Of a stretch of 64,000 nt of DNA, positions 48,307-57,430 are shown in pieces. The position numbers and the translations under genes are program-made. The notes beneath the pieces were generated by a model, which was not told where the DNA came from, did not search any database, and saw only the letters and a list, made by a program, of their open reading frames with translations. The stretch is from Candidatus Kaiserbacteria bacterium RIFCSPHIGHO2_01_FULL_54_36 (lineage in GTDB: Bacteria; Patescibacteriota; Minisyncoccia; Phycocordibacterales; UBA2100). Numbering within the stretch: position 1 is the first letter of the stretch; each line of letters starts with the position of its first letter. The stretch spans positions 4,912 to 68,911 of the forward strand of contig MFKV01000007.1 of NCBI GenBank assembly GCA_001781105.1, read 5' to 3'.

Positions 48307-48615
48307 ATGAAAAAGCACTATCCTGTCGGCCCGTGGATGATCACGGGATTCGCCTCGGTCGGCTTCGAATACGAACCTCGTGTCGTTATCGAAGCCTTGC
48401 GTAGGCGCTTTAGAATACCGCGGCAGGGTACCGGGGAAACGGTATTCAAGGCAGTAGTCCAATGTTGCGTGAGGCGGGAATTCCCGAAAAGAAACAAGCG
48501 CCTTCGAAAGAAGGCCGTCAACAGGGCGCTACGCCTCTACGAGCGGTACAACACGCTGCCCCAGTACGTCATGGCGATTTACTGGGGCAAACCCGCGAAG
48601 CTCATCGACCACTGA
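48307..48615 (+). CDS. hypothetical basic protein
   Basis: GGAGGT RBS 6 nt before the ATG. An intrinsic terminator follows at 48629..48665. Confidence 0.5.
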   Translation: MKKHYPVGPWMITGFASVGFEYEPRVVIEALRRRFRIPRQGTGETVFKAVVQCCVRREFPKRNKRLRKKAVNRALRLYERYNTLPQYVMAIYWGKPAKLIDH

Positions 48616-48628
48616 AGTTTTGTGTGCT

Positions 48629-48665
48629 CGTGCCGCGATCGGTTGGTCGCGGCACGTTTTTTTTG
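48629..48665 (+). terminator. intrinsic terminator CGTGCCGCGA-tcggttgg-TCGCGGCACG-TTTTTTTT
   Basis: Perfect 10-bp stem plus T8. Confidence 0.75.
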
Positions 48666-48677
48666 TATGGTTAGGGG

Positions 48678-49946
48678 ATGCAGCGGGATCATCTCAAAAA
48701 ATCCAAATTGCCGGATGAGCCGGGAGTTTATATGTTTAAGAAAGGGAAGAAAATACTCTACATCGGCAAAGCGGCGAGCTTGCGCGACCGGGTACGAAGC
48801 TACTTTTCTTCGGATCTGGGCAAAGGCCGCGCGCCCACTATTGTGAAAATGGTCGAGGATGCCGATTCGGTCGACTGGCAGACGACTGATTCGGTCCTCG
48901 AAGCCCTAATCGTTGAGGCCAATCTCATCAAGCGACACCAGCCACCCGCCAATGTGGATGAGAAGGACAACAAGAGTTTCAACTATCTTGTCATCACCAA
49001 AGAAAGTCCGCCAGCCGGCGGATTCCCTCGCGTACTTATCGTTCGCGGTCGGGAACTGTTTCAGGGATGGAAGGAGGCAGACATCAAAAATCTGTTCGGA
49101 CCGTTCCCGGGCGGCTTGAGCCTCAAGGAAGCGATCAAGATCGTCCGTAAGATCTTCCCGTTTCGCGACTCCAAGTGCATTCCTTGTATTGACCAACTAA
49201 AAACTAAAAACTTGAAACTCAAAACTGCTTGTAAGCCGTGTTTCAATCGTCAGATCGGGTTGTGCCCGGGAGTTTGTACGGGCGAGATAACAGCACAGGA
49301 GTACAGAAAAGTTGTTCGCAACATTTGTGAACTGTTCTCGGGCAATTTCCACGGGCTCAAGCGGCGCCTGGTAAGCGAAATGAAAGCAGCGTCCGAAGGT
49401 GAAAGATACGAACAAGCAGCGAGATTGCGCTCACAAGTACATGCGCTCGAGCACATCCGCGACGTCTCTCTAATCAAAGATGAACTTCGTGTGGCGCCGG
49501 GTGGCGGAGTGCGCATCGAAGCATTCGACGTCGCGCATACCTCGGGCACTGAGACCGTGGCGGTGATGACGGTTGCCAACAACGGGGAGATGGTCAAGGC
49601 GGCGTACCGCATGTTCAAGATCAGAAGCGCAACCAACGATGACGTCGGCGCGCTCGCAGAAGCCCTCTCCCGCAGGCTCAACCACCCAGAGTGGCCATTA
49701 CCGAGGGTATTTGTCGTCGATGGCGGTAAAGGGCAGATGAATGCCGCGAGAAAAATACTGCAAGAAGCGGGCATCGAAGTACCGCTTGTAGGCGTCGTAA
49801 AGAACGAATTTCACAAGCCTGAGCGATTGATTGGAGATGAGCGCGCGATCGTAGCGTATGAGAAAGATATTCTGCTTGCCAACTCTGAGGCGCATAGATT
49901 TGGTATAACGTGGCACCGGAAACGCAGAACACACGCCTTGTTCTAA
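48678..49946 (+). CDS. uvrC: excinuclease ABC subunit C, short form without the C-terminal HhH domain
   Basis: N-terminal GIY-YIG (GVYMF..GKKILYIGKA), UVR domain (ERYEQAARLRSQVHALE), and RNase H-like endonuclease domain (FDVAHTSG). Ends at 422 aa with no (HhH)2. Confidence 0.85.
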   Translation: MQRDHLKKSKLPDEPGVYMFKKGKKILYIGKAASLRDRVRSYFSSDLGKGRAPTIVKMVEDADSVDWQTTDSVLEALIVEANLIKRHQPPANVDEKDNKSFNYLVITKESPPAGGFPRVLIVRGRELFQGWKEADIKNLFGPFPGGLSLKEAIKIVRKIFPFRDSKCIPCIDQLKTKNLKLKTACKPCFNRQIGLCPGVCTGEITAQEYRKVVRNICELFSGNFHGLKRRLVSEMKAASEGERYEQAARLRSQVHALEHIRDVSLIKDELRVAPGGGVRIEAFDVAHTSGTETVAVMTVANNGEMVKAAYRMFKIRSATNDDVGALAEALSRRLNHPEWPLPRVFVVDGGKGQMNAARKILQEAGIEVPLVGVVKNEFHKPERLIGDERAIVAYEKDILLANSEAHRFGITWHRKRRTHALF

Positions 49947-49972
49947 CGTTCGTTGGTATACTGGAGAGCGAT

Positions 49973-50428
49973 ATGCGCAGTACACTGTATACGTTTCTAG
50001 TTGTGGGAATCATCCTGTTGTGCGCGGGGGCCTACTACTTCCACCGGACTGCACAAGCCAATAAGCTCTCGCACATCGAATCTCTTGCCGCTACGCGGAA
50101 TGTTCCAGCAACCGTATGCGAGTTTACGGAGGGAGATTTTGAAGGCGCCCGTGGGGGACTATTGTATGTGCGCAATGCACGCATCGTGTTGCACACGATG
50201 TACGTCGAAGGTAATTACGCGGGACGTCTCCACGTCTTGATCGAACCCGACAGTACGTACTTTATCGATCCTGCGACCATGGACACGATACCGATCGGTT
50301 TGAGTGCCGAAGAACAGATCACACTGATCAACGATGAGATCTTAAGACCCACGTGGAAATGCTCACCGTGGTGGTTTCCCGACGATTCAATATTTGATAT
50401 CCCGAAACCAGCACCCGAAGAAGAGTGA
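49973..50428 (+). CDS. hypothetical membrane-anchored protein
   Basis: N-terminal TM helix LYTFLVVGIILLCAGAYYF. No domain recognised. Confidence 0.45.
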   Translation: MRSTLYTFLVVGIILLCAGAYYFHRTAQANKLSHIESLAATRNVPATVCEFTEGDFEGARGGLLYVRNARIVLHTMYVEGNYAGRLHVLIEPDSTYFIDPATMDTIPIGLSAEEQITLINDEILRPTWKCSPWWFPDDSIFDIPKPAPEEE

Positions 50429-50440
50429 TATAATTTTGGT

Positions 50441-51412
50441 ATGACACGCACGAGCGTCGGCATTTTGCGCGGCGGGACATCGAGCGAATACAACCTCTCG
50501 CTCAAATCCGGCGCTGCGATGATGGCGGCGCTTCCTGAGGATCGCTTCGACACGCGCGATATTTTCATAGACAAGCGAGGGTACTGGCACATGAGAGGCC
50601 AGCCCGTGGACGCTGCCCGCGCGCTTTCGCAAATTGACGTCGTTCTCAATGCACTTCACGGCGGAGTGGGCGAAGATGGCACAGTACAGCGCATCGTGGA
50701 GCGCGCGGGCGTCGCTCACGCCGGCGCCTCACCCCTTGCCTCGGCCATTGCCCTAAATAAGATCCGCGCTCGCGAGATCTTGCAAAGAGCTGGCATTCGT
50801 ATGCCACGCGCTGTCTCATTTTCATTGAACAATGACCTCGACACCGGAGAGATGGCACGTTTTGTGTTCTCCCAATTTGGCCCGCCGTATGTCGTGAAGC
50901 CCGCAAGCGAAGGTGCATCATTTGGCATCCGGATCGCCATGACGCCGCTCGAATTACCCGATACCTTGGGTGACACGCTCGATGCATATGGCTCCGCGCT
51001 CGTCGAAGAATACATGCGCGGGCAAGAGGCGAGCGTGGGCGTTATCGAGAATTTCCGCGGAGAAGATCTCTACGCGCTTCCGCCGGCGCACGTCATCGCT
51101 CCCGAGGGCGCTTGGATGCTACACCCGATCCATCACGAAGAGGGAACGTTACGCCACCTGGTCCCGAGCCAATTTTCCCACTCGGAGAAACAGGCGCTTG
51201 CCGACCTCGCGCGCGCGGCACACCGCGTGCTCGGCCTCGGGCATTTCTCTCGCGCTGACATCATCCTCACCCCGCGTGCCCCGTACCTTTTGGAAATGAA
51301 CGCCATACCCGGCCTTTACCCAGGCGCATCATTCCCGCCAATGCTCGAATCGGTCGGCTCCTCCGTGCGCGAATTCCTAGAACATGCTATAAGTCTTGCG
51401 AAGGGTAGATGA
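50441..51412 (+). CDS. ddl: D-alanine--D-alanine ligase
   Basis: ATP-grasp fold with the Ddl N-domain and conserved E..G.E...N motifs. Confidence 0.9.
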   Translation: MTRTSVGILRGGTSSEYNLSLKSGAAMMAALPEDRFDTRDIFIDKRGYWHMRGQPVDAARALSQIDVVLNALHGGVGEDGTVQRIVERAGVAHAGASPLASAIALNKIRAREILQRAGIRMPRAVSFSLNNDLDTGEMARFVFSQFGPPYVVKPASEGASFGIRIAMTPLELPDTLGDTLDAYGSALVEEYMRGQEASVGVIENFRGEDLYALPPAHVIAPEGAWMLHPIHHEEGTLRHLVPSQFSHSEKQALADLARAAHRVLGLGHFSRADIILTPRAPYLLEMNAIPGLYPGASFPPMLESVGSSVREFLEHAISLAKGR

Positions 51413-51454
51413 GAGGGGTCAGCCCCCGTCACCAGAAAAGCTCTTGTGATTTGT

Positions 51455-51706
51455 ATGCACTACGTGTATCTTCTCAAGAGTGAGAAAGACGGTCTGCTGT
51501 ATATTGGTTATACAAATGATCTGAAAAGGCGTTTCGCGGAGCACAACAGTGGCCTCAGCAAGGCAACAAAACCGAGAGCACCTTTTCAGCTCGTTTATTA
51601 CGAAGCATACAAATCACGGGCTGATGCATTGTTTAGAGAGAAAAATCTGAAACGATACTCCAGAAGCTATCAAGAGTTGAAAAAGCGAGTAAAGGGTAGC
51701 ATCTAG
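51455..51706 (+). CDS. stand-alone GIY-YIG nuclease-domain protein (second paralogue)
   Basis: VYLLKSEKDGLLYIGYTNDLKRRFAEHN motif. Confidence 0.7.
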   Translation: MHYVYLLKSEKDGLLYIGYTNDLKRRFAEHNSGLSKATKPRAPFQLVYYEAYKSRADALFREKNLKRYSRSYQELKKRVKGSI

Positions 51707-51722
51707 AGCTTTTCAGGTGAGG

Positions 51723-51794
51723 GGGCCAGTAGTTCAGTGGTAGAACGTCTCATTTGCAATGAGAAGGTCGGGGGTTCGATTCCTCTCTGGTCCA
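51723..51794 (+). tRNA. tRNA-Ala (anticodon TGC)
   Basis: Manual cloverleaf: acceptor GGGCCAG/CUGGUCC with the G3:U70 alanine identity pair, anticodon loop TTTGCAA, T-loop TTCGATT, discriminator A. No encoded CCA. Confidence 0.8.
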
Positions 51795-51797
51795 CAA

Positions 51798-54032
51798 ATG
51801 AAAAATCTCTACGAGCATATCGCAACCGTTGCGAAAGCTGAGCCGAAAAAGGTAGCATTGATTGGAACAGATGAGAAGGGAAATAGCGTCGAGGAGATCA
51901 CGTATGCAGAACTGCTAGAGAAAATACAGGCAGCGGCGGCAGAGCTAAAAGAGTTAGGACTTGAAAGAGGTGACAGGATAGCGCTCGCATTTCGTAATTC
52001 CCCCGTGCTCCTTATATGGAGCTGGGCGGCTTGGGCGAGTGGGATCGTGACGGTGCCAATGGATACCAAGCGCGATACTCCCGAACTTTACGAATACAAG
52101 ATTAATCTCAACAAAGCCAAAGTCCTTATCCTCGAGCGCGGCATCCAGGCAGTGAAGCTCCCCGGCGTCCGCATCAAAGTCCATACTGAATTTGATTCAC
52201 GGCAAGGCAAGGCCTTGCCGTACCCTGTTGGCTGGGAAGGGGGGCTTGGGCATCAGGCGCTTGTTCTTTTCACTTCTGGCACGACCGGACACCCGAAAGG
52301 TGCCATGCTTTCGCTTGAGAATCTCATTGTGAACGCCGAGGGAATCCGTGAATGGCTGCGCATCACGGGCGACGATACATTTCTCGTCAACCTTCCGCTC
52401 CACCACATCAACTCCACCACCTTTTGTCTTTCTGTACTCCTCGCGGGAGGCACCATCGCTATTCCGCCCAACTATTCCAATTCGCATTTTTGGCATCAGA
52501 TGGGAAAGACAGGTGCGACTATCTCGTCGGTCGTGCAATCGATTGTATTCGACCAGCTCCACCGCAAGGCGGAGTTCGAGGCCCTGAAAGACAAGATCAA
52601 ACTCAACAGGATCCAGATCGGTTCGGCGCCGGTCGTCGCGCAATCGGTGCAAGAATTCAAAAAGCAATTCGGCATCCCGCTTTATCAAGGTTACGGTCAG
52701 ACGGAAACAGCGCTTCGCGTCACGGGCGTACCCATGGACATTCCGGATCCACTGTATGCGCAGTTGGTTGACGAGAATTCGATAGGTACTCCGATGGCAT
52801 GGGCAGACCTGCAAATCACCGATGACGAAGGCAAGATACTGGGCGAGGGCGGTGAGGGTGAGCTGGTGGTGAAAGGCCCTGCGGTGATGGAAGGATATCT
52901 CGGGCGCGAGCCGGCGTTCCGCGACGGATATTTTCTCACGGGCGATATCGGCTACTACAAAACAATTGATGGCAGGAAATACTTTTATCTCAAGGGCCGG
53001 AAGCGCGAGATCATCATCAAGGGCGGCGTCAATATTTCACCGGTTGCGGTAGAGAACTCCCTGAAGCGAATTTCCCCGGACATCGAGCAAGTCCACGTGG
53101 TTGCTGTGCCAGATGAGCGCTACGGTGAGGAAGCCGGTGCTGTCATCTCGTGGAAAGAGGGAATTGACGAAGATCGTGCGAAGCGGCAGCTCAAAACTGC
53201 GCTTCTACTCGGCTCTCCATATATCAGTGCATACGAGACGCCCAAGTACATTACCTCGCTTCCAGTCGCAGAGCTCCCGATGACTTCCACAGGCAAAGTC
53301 CAGCGCAGCGTCCTCAAAACACAGCTTCCATACGAAAAATTCGAATCGATCTACGGCCTCCTCAAGACTACTGACTATCGCTTCACGGTTTTGCATCGCT
53401 ATTCGAGGTGGCAACAAGCGTCCCTCGATCTCCACAACCAATGTTGGGCGCCGCTTAGAATGGACAAAGGGGAATATGACAAATTCATAACCCGCCCACT
53501 GACTATTCTTGCCGCCAATCCCGATGAGTCTCTTGCCGGACAGATCGCCGTTGTTCGTACCAATCTTTCCGAAGCAGAGATCCTCAAGAAAACATATTCA
53601 GAGTTGGTTGCCGAAAGCTTCGACAGGACAGGCAATACGCTTGTGTGTGTTTCTATTTGCAGCGCCGACTATTCGCCAAAGACAATTCCTGATGTAACTA
53701 AGCATCCAAGCGCAGACGACGTTCGCGCGTATGTAGAAGCAGGCACCGACCCAGTAATGAAATTCCATCAGAAGCCAAAAGGTGGGCTCTCGGAAGGTGC
53801 GAAACTTATAGATGTTATCGAAAATGGCCGGCCGGAAGACAGAAGCTCGCTGGGGTACAACATGCTCCTCAAATATCCTGAGCCCTCGGATAACGTTGCG
53901 ATAACTCCCGGGGCCCCGATCTCCAACCAGCTTATCGAAATCGTTTTGCTCATCGCGCGCGATCTCGGCATCAAAAACGTCTACGCCTACTCTCGCCCCG
54001 GTGGCTTGGCTGCGTATTTATCCCGAGCGTAG
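51798..54032 (+). CDS. AMP-dependent synthetase/ligase (adenylate-forming) fused to a ~240-aa C-terminal domain of unknown function
   Basis: TSGTTGHPKG and YGQTE adenylation motifs in the first ~500 aa; the C-terminal part has no recognised motif. The ATG lies 3 nt after the tRNA-Ala discriminator. Confidence 0.75.
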   Translation: MKNLYEHIATVAKAEPKKVALIGTDEKGNSVEEITYAELLEKIQAAAAELKELGLERGDRIALAFRNSPVLLIWSWAAWASGIVTVPMDTKRDTPELYEYKINLNKAKVLILERGIQAVKLPGVRIKVHTEFDSRQGKALPYPVGWEGGLGHQALVLFTSGTTGHPKGAMLSLENLIVNAEGIREWLRITGDDTFLVNLPLHHINSTTFCLSVLLAGGTIAIPPNYSNSHFWHQMGKTGATISSVVQSIVFDQLHRKAEFEALKDKIKLNRIQIGSAPVVAQSVQEFKKQFGIPLYQGYGQTETALRVTGVPMDIPDPLYAQLVDENSIGTPMAWADLQITDDEGKILGEGGEGELVVKGPAVMEGYLGREPAFRDGYFLTGDIGYYKTIDGRKYFYLKGRKREIIIKGGVNISPVAVENSLKRISPDIEQVHVVAVPDERYGEEAGAVISWKEGIDEDRAKRQLKTALLLGSPYISAYETPKYITSLPVAELPMTSTGKVQRSVLKTQLPYEKFESIYGLLKTTDYRFTVLHRYSRWQQASLDLHNQCWAPLRMDKGEYDKFITRPLTILAANPDESLAGQIAVVRTNLSEAEILKKTYSELVAESFDRTGNTLVCVSICSADYSPKTIPDVTKHPSADDVRAYVEAGTDPVMKFHQKPKGGLSEGAKLIDVIENGRPEDRSSLGYNMLLKYPEPSDNVAITPGAPISNQLIEIVLLIARDLGIKNVYAYSRPGGLAAYLSRA

Positions 54033-54146
54033 TCGAGGGATTTGTCCACAAAGAAAGATTGAAGCTTTTGATGCGTCTGGTATATTGAAAGCACCTAGAG
54101 TTCCTTAATCAGCTTGATAGCTGGTCAACCCACAAGGAGGCCCAAG

Positions 54147-54332
54147 ATGGCCCAAGCCCCCACACGTACCCCACCATGCGCCGATTCGGCAGTTCCCGGC
54201 ATCTACGGGAGAACTTCCGGTGACGCCAAAAACTCGCAGGCAAATACACCTACAGCGAGCCCATCGTCCGTTGTTCCTCACGTTGAGGACGTCAACCAAA
54301 TGGACCCTAAAGCCAGGGCCGACCTTTGCTGA
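54147..54332 (+). CDS. small Pro/Thr/Ala/Ser-rich ORF (61 codons) with a near-perfect Shine-Dalgarno
   Basis: AGGAGG at 54135..54140 followed by cccaag and ATG. Low-complexity peptide ending ...ARADLC. Confidence 0.35.
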   Translation: MAQAPTRTPPCADSAVPGIYGRTSGDAKNSQANTPTASPSSVVPHVEDVNQMDPKARADLC

Positions 54333-54572
54333 GCACTGTTGCTCGGCCTTGCACCTTCTGTACCTTCATCAACGCCACCATTTGCTTTTTGCTTATGGTG
54401 GTGTTCATTTTTCCATATTTTGAGCCATTTTTGCCGATGTCCACCTACATCATGAAAATGTGTTGCGTATTTTCATGGATGCGATAGGATTGCCGCGAAT
54501 GTAAGTTTTCCATATTAAAACACGTGGAAAGGTTGGTTTACATCATTTTAGACGAACACACACAAAAGGATC

Positions 54573-54917
54573 ATGGCTAAGAAGCTATACGTCGGAGGAT
54601 TGCCTTACGCAACGACCGACTCTGAGCTCAAAGACGCTTTCTCGCAAGCGGGAGCCGTCGAGTCTGCCGTTATCATCATGGATAAGATGAGCGGCCGATC
54701 GAAGGGTTTCGGCTTCGTCGAGATGTCTTCCGACGAGGATGCACAGAAGGCGATTGAGATGTGGAATGGAAAAGATTTCGGCGGACGCTCCCTCACGGTA
54801 AATGAGGCGCGCCCGATGGAAGAGCGCCCACGACGCGATTTCCGCGGCGGTGGAGGCGGGGGTGGTGGTGGATACGGTGGCGGACGCGGCGGAAACGGCG
54901 GCGGACGCAGCTGGTAA
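54573..54917 (+). CDS. RNA-binding protein with an RRM domain and a Gly-rich tail
   Basis: RNP2 LYVGGL, RNP1 KGFGFVEM, and a C-terminal RGG/GGGYGGG tail. Confidence 0.9.
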   Translation: MAKKLYVGGLPYATTDSELKDAFSQAGAVESAVIIMDKMSGRSKGFGFVEMSSDEDAQKAIEMWNGKDFGGRSLTVNEARPMEERPRRDFRGGGGGGGGGYGGGRGGNGGGRSW

Positions 54918-54941
54918 CATCCCACTCAGGATTTGAGTGAC

Positions 54942-54976
54942 AGCCCCGCCTTTGGCGGGGCCGTTTCGTTTGTCGC
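54942..54976 (+). terminator. intrinsic terminator GCCCCGCC-tttg-GCGGGGC followed by a CGTTTCGTTTGTC T-rich tail
   Basis: GC stem followed by a U-rich tail. Confidence 0.7.
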
Positions 54977-55030
54977 ATACATATCCACACGATCGCGCAT
55001 TTAATCGCAATTTTGGGTGATAATAGATGA

Positions 55031-55396
55031 ATGAAATACGCGGCACTCCTCGGATGGGGTATTTGTATATATGCGGTCATGACGCTCGCATGGGCAGGGA
55101 TCGCGCTCTATGGGCTCGGAGGCACATTGACCGGCCGTATACTCGGGCTCATTGTGCTCATAGTCACGCTCACTATCGCCGGGCGCTCGCTCAAATTCCA
55201 TTCGTGGAAAGACATCGTGCCATATTCGCTGCTGTGGGTCGTCATCATGGCCTTATTTGACGCGGTCTATAGCGTGCCGTTTGGCGGGTGGGGGATCTAT
55301 GCCGATTGGAACTTGTGGGTGGGCTATGCGCTCGTGGCGGCAGTCCCGATGCTTGCACCCCTAACGAGAATAGTGCCAGACGGGAGCAGGGCCTGA
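55031..55396 (+). CDS. hypothetical 4-TM membrane protein
   Basis: Hydrophobic profile only. Its stop TGA is immediately followed by MITE-like copy 3. Confidence 0.45.
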   Translation: MKYAALLGWGICIYAVMTLAWAGIALYGLGGTLTGRILGLIVLIVTLTIAGRSLKFHSWKDIVPYSLLWVVIMALFDAVYSVPFGGWGIYADWNLWVGYALVAAVPMLAPLTRIVPDGSRA

Positions 55397-55397
55397 C

Positions 55398-55534
55398 ATG
55401 CCCGGCAGGACAATTTCGAATCGCCTTGTATGAATATTCACCAGCGTGTGATGGAAAAAAGTGCGACAGTTATTTTGCAAACCAGAAATAGTCGAATCTG
55501 CGGCAGGAATTATTCGAAATTGTACTAGCCGGGT
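55398..55534 (+). mobile_element. MITE-like intergenic repeat, copy 3 (137 nt)
   Basis: Starts ATGCCCGGCAGGACAATTTCGAAT and ends ATTCGAAATTGTACTAGCCGGGT, followed by the ATG of the next gene. About 85% identical to copy 1. Confidence 0.7.
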
Positions 55535-56689
55535 ATGCGCTCGCTCGCACTTCACAGGTTCCTTTTACGCTTCGCACTCGCGGGGGCAAATGTCTTTGCC
55601 TGGATATTCATATTTCAATTTTTCTACCTCATCGAGCCCGATATCGGGCACGCGCTCGCGCGCGTCGCGCTGCTCTACGCGCTTTCGCAGGTGATCACCT
55701 GCCTTTTGACGCCCTATGCCGTGCAAACGCTCCGCGACGGAGCCCGCCCGCTTTTGCTTATCGCCGTTCTTTTCGCGTCGTCTGCGCTGGTCCTTCTTGG
55801 AGGCACCTTCGCAGCGTATTGGAATGCTTCTTACGCGTCGGTGGGTATCGCGGCGTATGCTATAGCGCTTGGCGCGTACCGTGCGTTCTATTTCGTCCCG
55901 TATGAGATAGAAGTGCGTGGGAATGCTAAGCGACCCCGCAGCAGATCCGCAGCTTCGGAACTTCTCATCGCTCTCGCACCGTTCATCGCAGGCATTTTTA
56001 TTGTAAGCACAACACATGGCCCCGTCTGGGTCTTGTATATAGCCGCCGGGCTCATTGCGCTTTCCGCTATCCCACTGCTATACCTGCGCGATATACACGA
56101 AGGCTTTACTTGGGGGTATCGCGAAACGTTCGAGCGACTTTTCCTTCCGTCGCATCGCCCGCTCCTTCGCGAGGCCATTATGGAGGGAATTTCAGGCGCG
56201 GCGTTGCTCCTCTTCTGGCCTATCGCCGTGTTCCTCATTGCAGGATGGTCATATGGGATGGTCGGCATAATTCTCTCACTCACCTTTCTCATCGCGATCC
56301 TGGGCCGCAAACTTGTGCGCAGAGGTATCCGCCGAGCCGGTTTACATCGATCACAGATCCTGAACGCGACCTTCGCCGCCACTCCATGGTTGTTCCGCAT
56401 CGTCGTCGGCAACCCGTTGGGTGTCATATTTGCCGACTCGTATTTCTATACGACGACGCCCCGGCGCATAGGCGTTGATGCCCTTGTATTCGAGCAGGCC
56501 GCCGACGCAGGCTCATACGTGGATGAATACACTGCGCTGAAAGAGATGGGGCTAGCGCTCGGAAGGATCGCGGCATGTATCCTCGTTGCAGTGGTTTCTC
56601 TCTATGTATCGCTCCCGATCGCGCTCGTCGCAGTATTTCTCTTGGCAGCACTCGCCTCCGTCGTCGTCGCTCTGCGCCCGCGTTCATAA
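55535..56689 (+). CDS. hypothetical polytopic membrane protein (about 10-12 TM, transporter-like)
   Basis: Hydrophobicity pattern. Its start codon is supplied at the end of the repeat. Confidence 0.5.
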   Translation: MRSLALHRFLLRFALAGANVFAWIFIFQFFYLIEPDIGHALARVALLYALSQVITCLLTPYAVQTLRDGARPLLLIAVLFASSALVLLGGTFAAYWNASYASVGIAAYAIALGAYRAFYFVPYEIEVRGNAKRPRSRSAASELLIALAPFIAGIFIVSTTHGPVWVLYIAAGLIALSAIPLLYLRDIHEGFTWGYRETFERLFLPSHRPLLREAIMEGISGAALLLFWPIAVFLIAGWSYGMVGIILSLTFLIAILGRKLVRRGIRRAGLHRSQILNATFAATPWLFRIVVGNPLGVIFADSYFYTTTPRRIGVDALVFEQAADAGSYVDEYTALKEMGLALGRIAACILVAVVSLYVSLPIALVAVFLLAALASVVVALRPRS

Positions 56690-56695
56690 AAAACA

Positions 56696-56736
56696 AAACC
56701 GCCCGGTACTTACGCAACATTCCGGGGCGGTTTTTG
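56696..56736. terminator. bidirectional intrinsic terminator AAAACCGCCCGG-loop-CCGGGGCGGTTTTT
   Basis: GC stem with flanking A- and T-tracts between convergent genes. Confidence 0.7.
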
Positions 56737-57084
56737 GTGGACGGGGAGGTCCAGCGGTAAGAGCGGGCGACGCTTGGCTCTTCGGCGAGCTTCGGCTCGC
56801 TCGATCTTTCGCGCAAGCAGCCGCTTCCGAAGGGCTTTATTGCGCTTCTTGGTCTTCGCAGCTTTCTTGCCCCACTTTGAGCGGATAGCAGACTCCATTC
56901 TCCCCGCACGCAACACGATCTCGAGGGGTGCCTGGTCTTCCTCAGGTACCTTCGCGAAACGTCGCAGGTATCGAACGAGGACCTTGAAGAGTCCGCGCTT
57001 GTGCTTGAACGCTTCTTTGTCTCGCGCTTCCTGCCACTCAGGGCTTGCGAAAAACTGCGCGATAAAGTTCGCATCGTCATGCAT
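56710..57084 (-). CDS. hypothetical protein with a very basic C-terminus
   Basis: GGAGG RBS 8 nt before the ATG at 57084. KR-rich tail. No domain recognised. Confidence 0.45.
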   Translation of the reverse strand: MHDDANFIAQFFASPEWQEARDKEAFKHKRGLFKVLVRYLRRFAKVPEEDQAPLEIVLRAGRMESAIRSKWGKKAAKTKKRNKALRKRLLARKIERAEARRRAKRRPLLPLDLPVHQKPPRNVA

Positions 57085-57430
57085 GACGCGAACCTCCTTG
57101 CTCTGCTACCCGACGCTCTTTACACTTAACCCTCGAATCGTCCCCGAAGATGAAGAAGTGAAAGAGCATGTGGTGATACGCCCGGTACTCCCCAGGCGTT
57201 CGATCCTCGATACCGCACTCCCGCAACGTACGCGGCACGGTACCGTCGATGAGCCCATTGCCTGTGCGAATGCGCTCGGCGTGTTGCATCACACTGTACC
57301 AATCAGCTCTGATGCGAGAGCTGTAAGGCTCCGGCAGGCCCTTGAAGGTCCGCCAAGCGTGAAGGGAAATGACCTGCATGCGCCACCTGTGGGTGTGCGT
57401 TGTAGGGAACGCGGTTCTACTCCGGATACT

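Noticed and set aside
57085-57430. 345-nt gene-free gap checked for RNase P RNA, SRP RNA or tmRNA on both strands
   Set aside because: None of the conserved boxes I know (RNase P AGGAAAGUCCGGGCUCC or GGUAAGAGCGCACC; tmRNA GGGGCUGAUUCUGGAUUCGACGGG; SRP GGUGCUGUUU...AAGCAGCCAGG) are present. Left unannotated.
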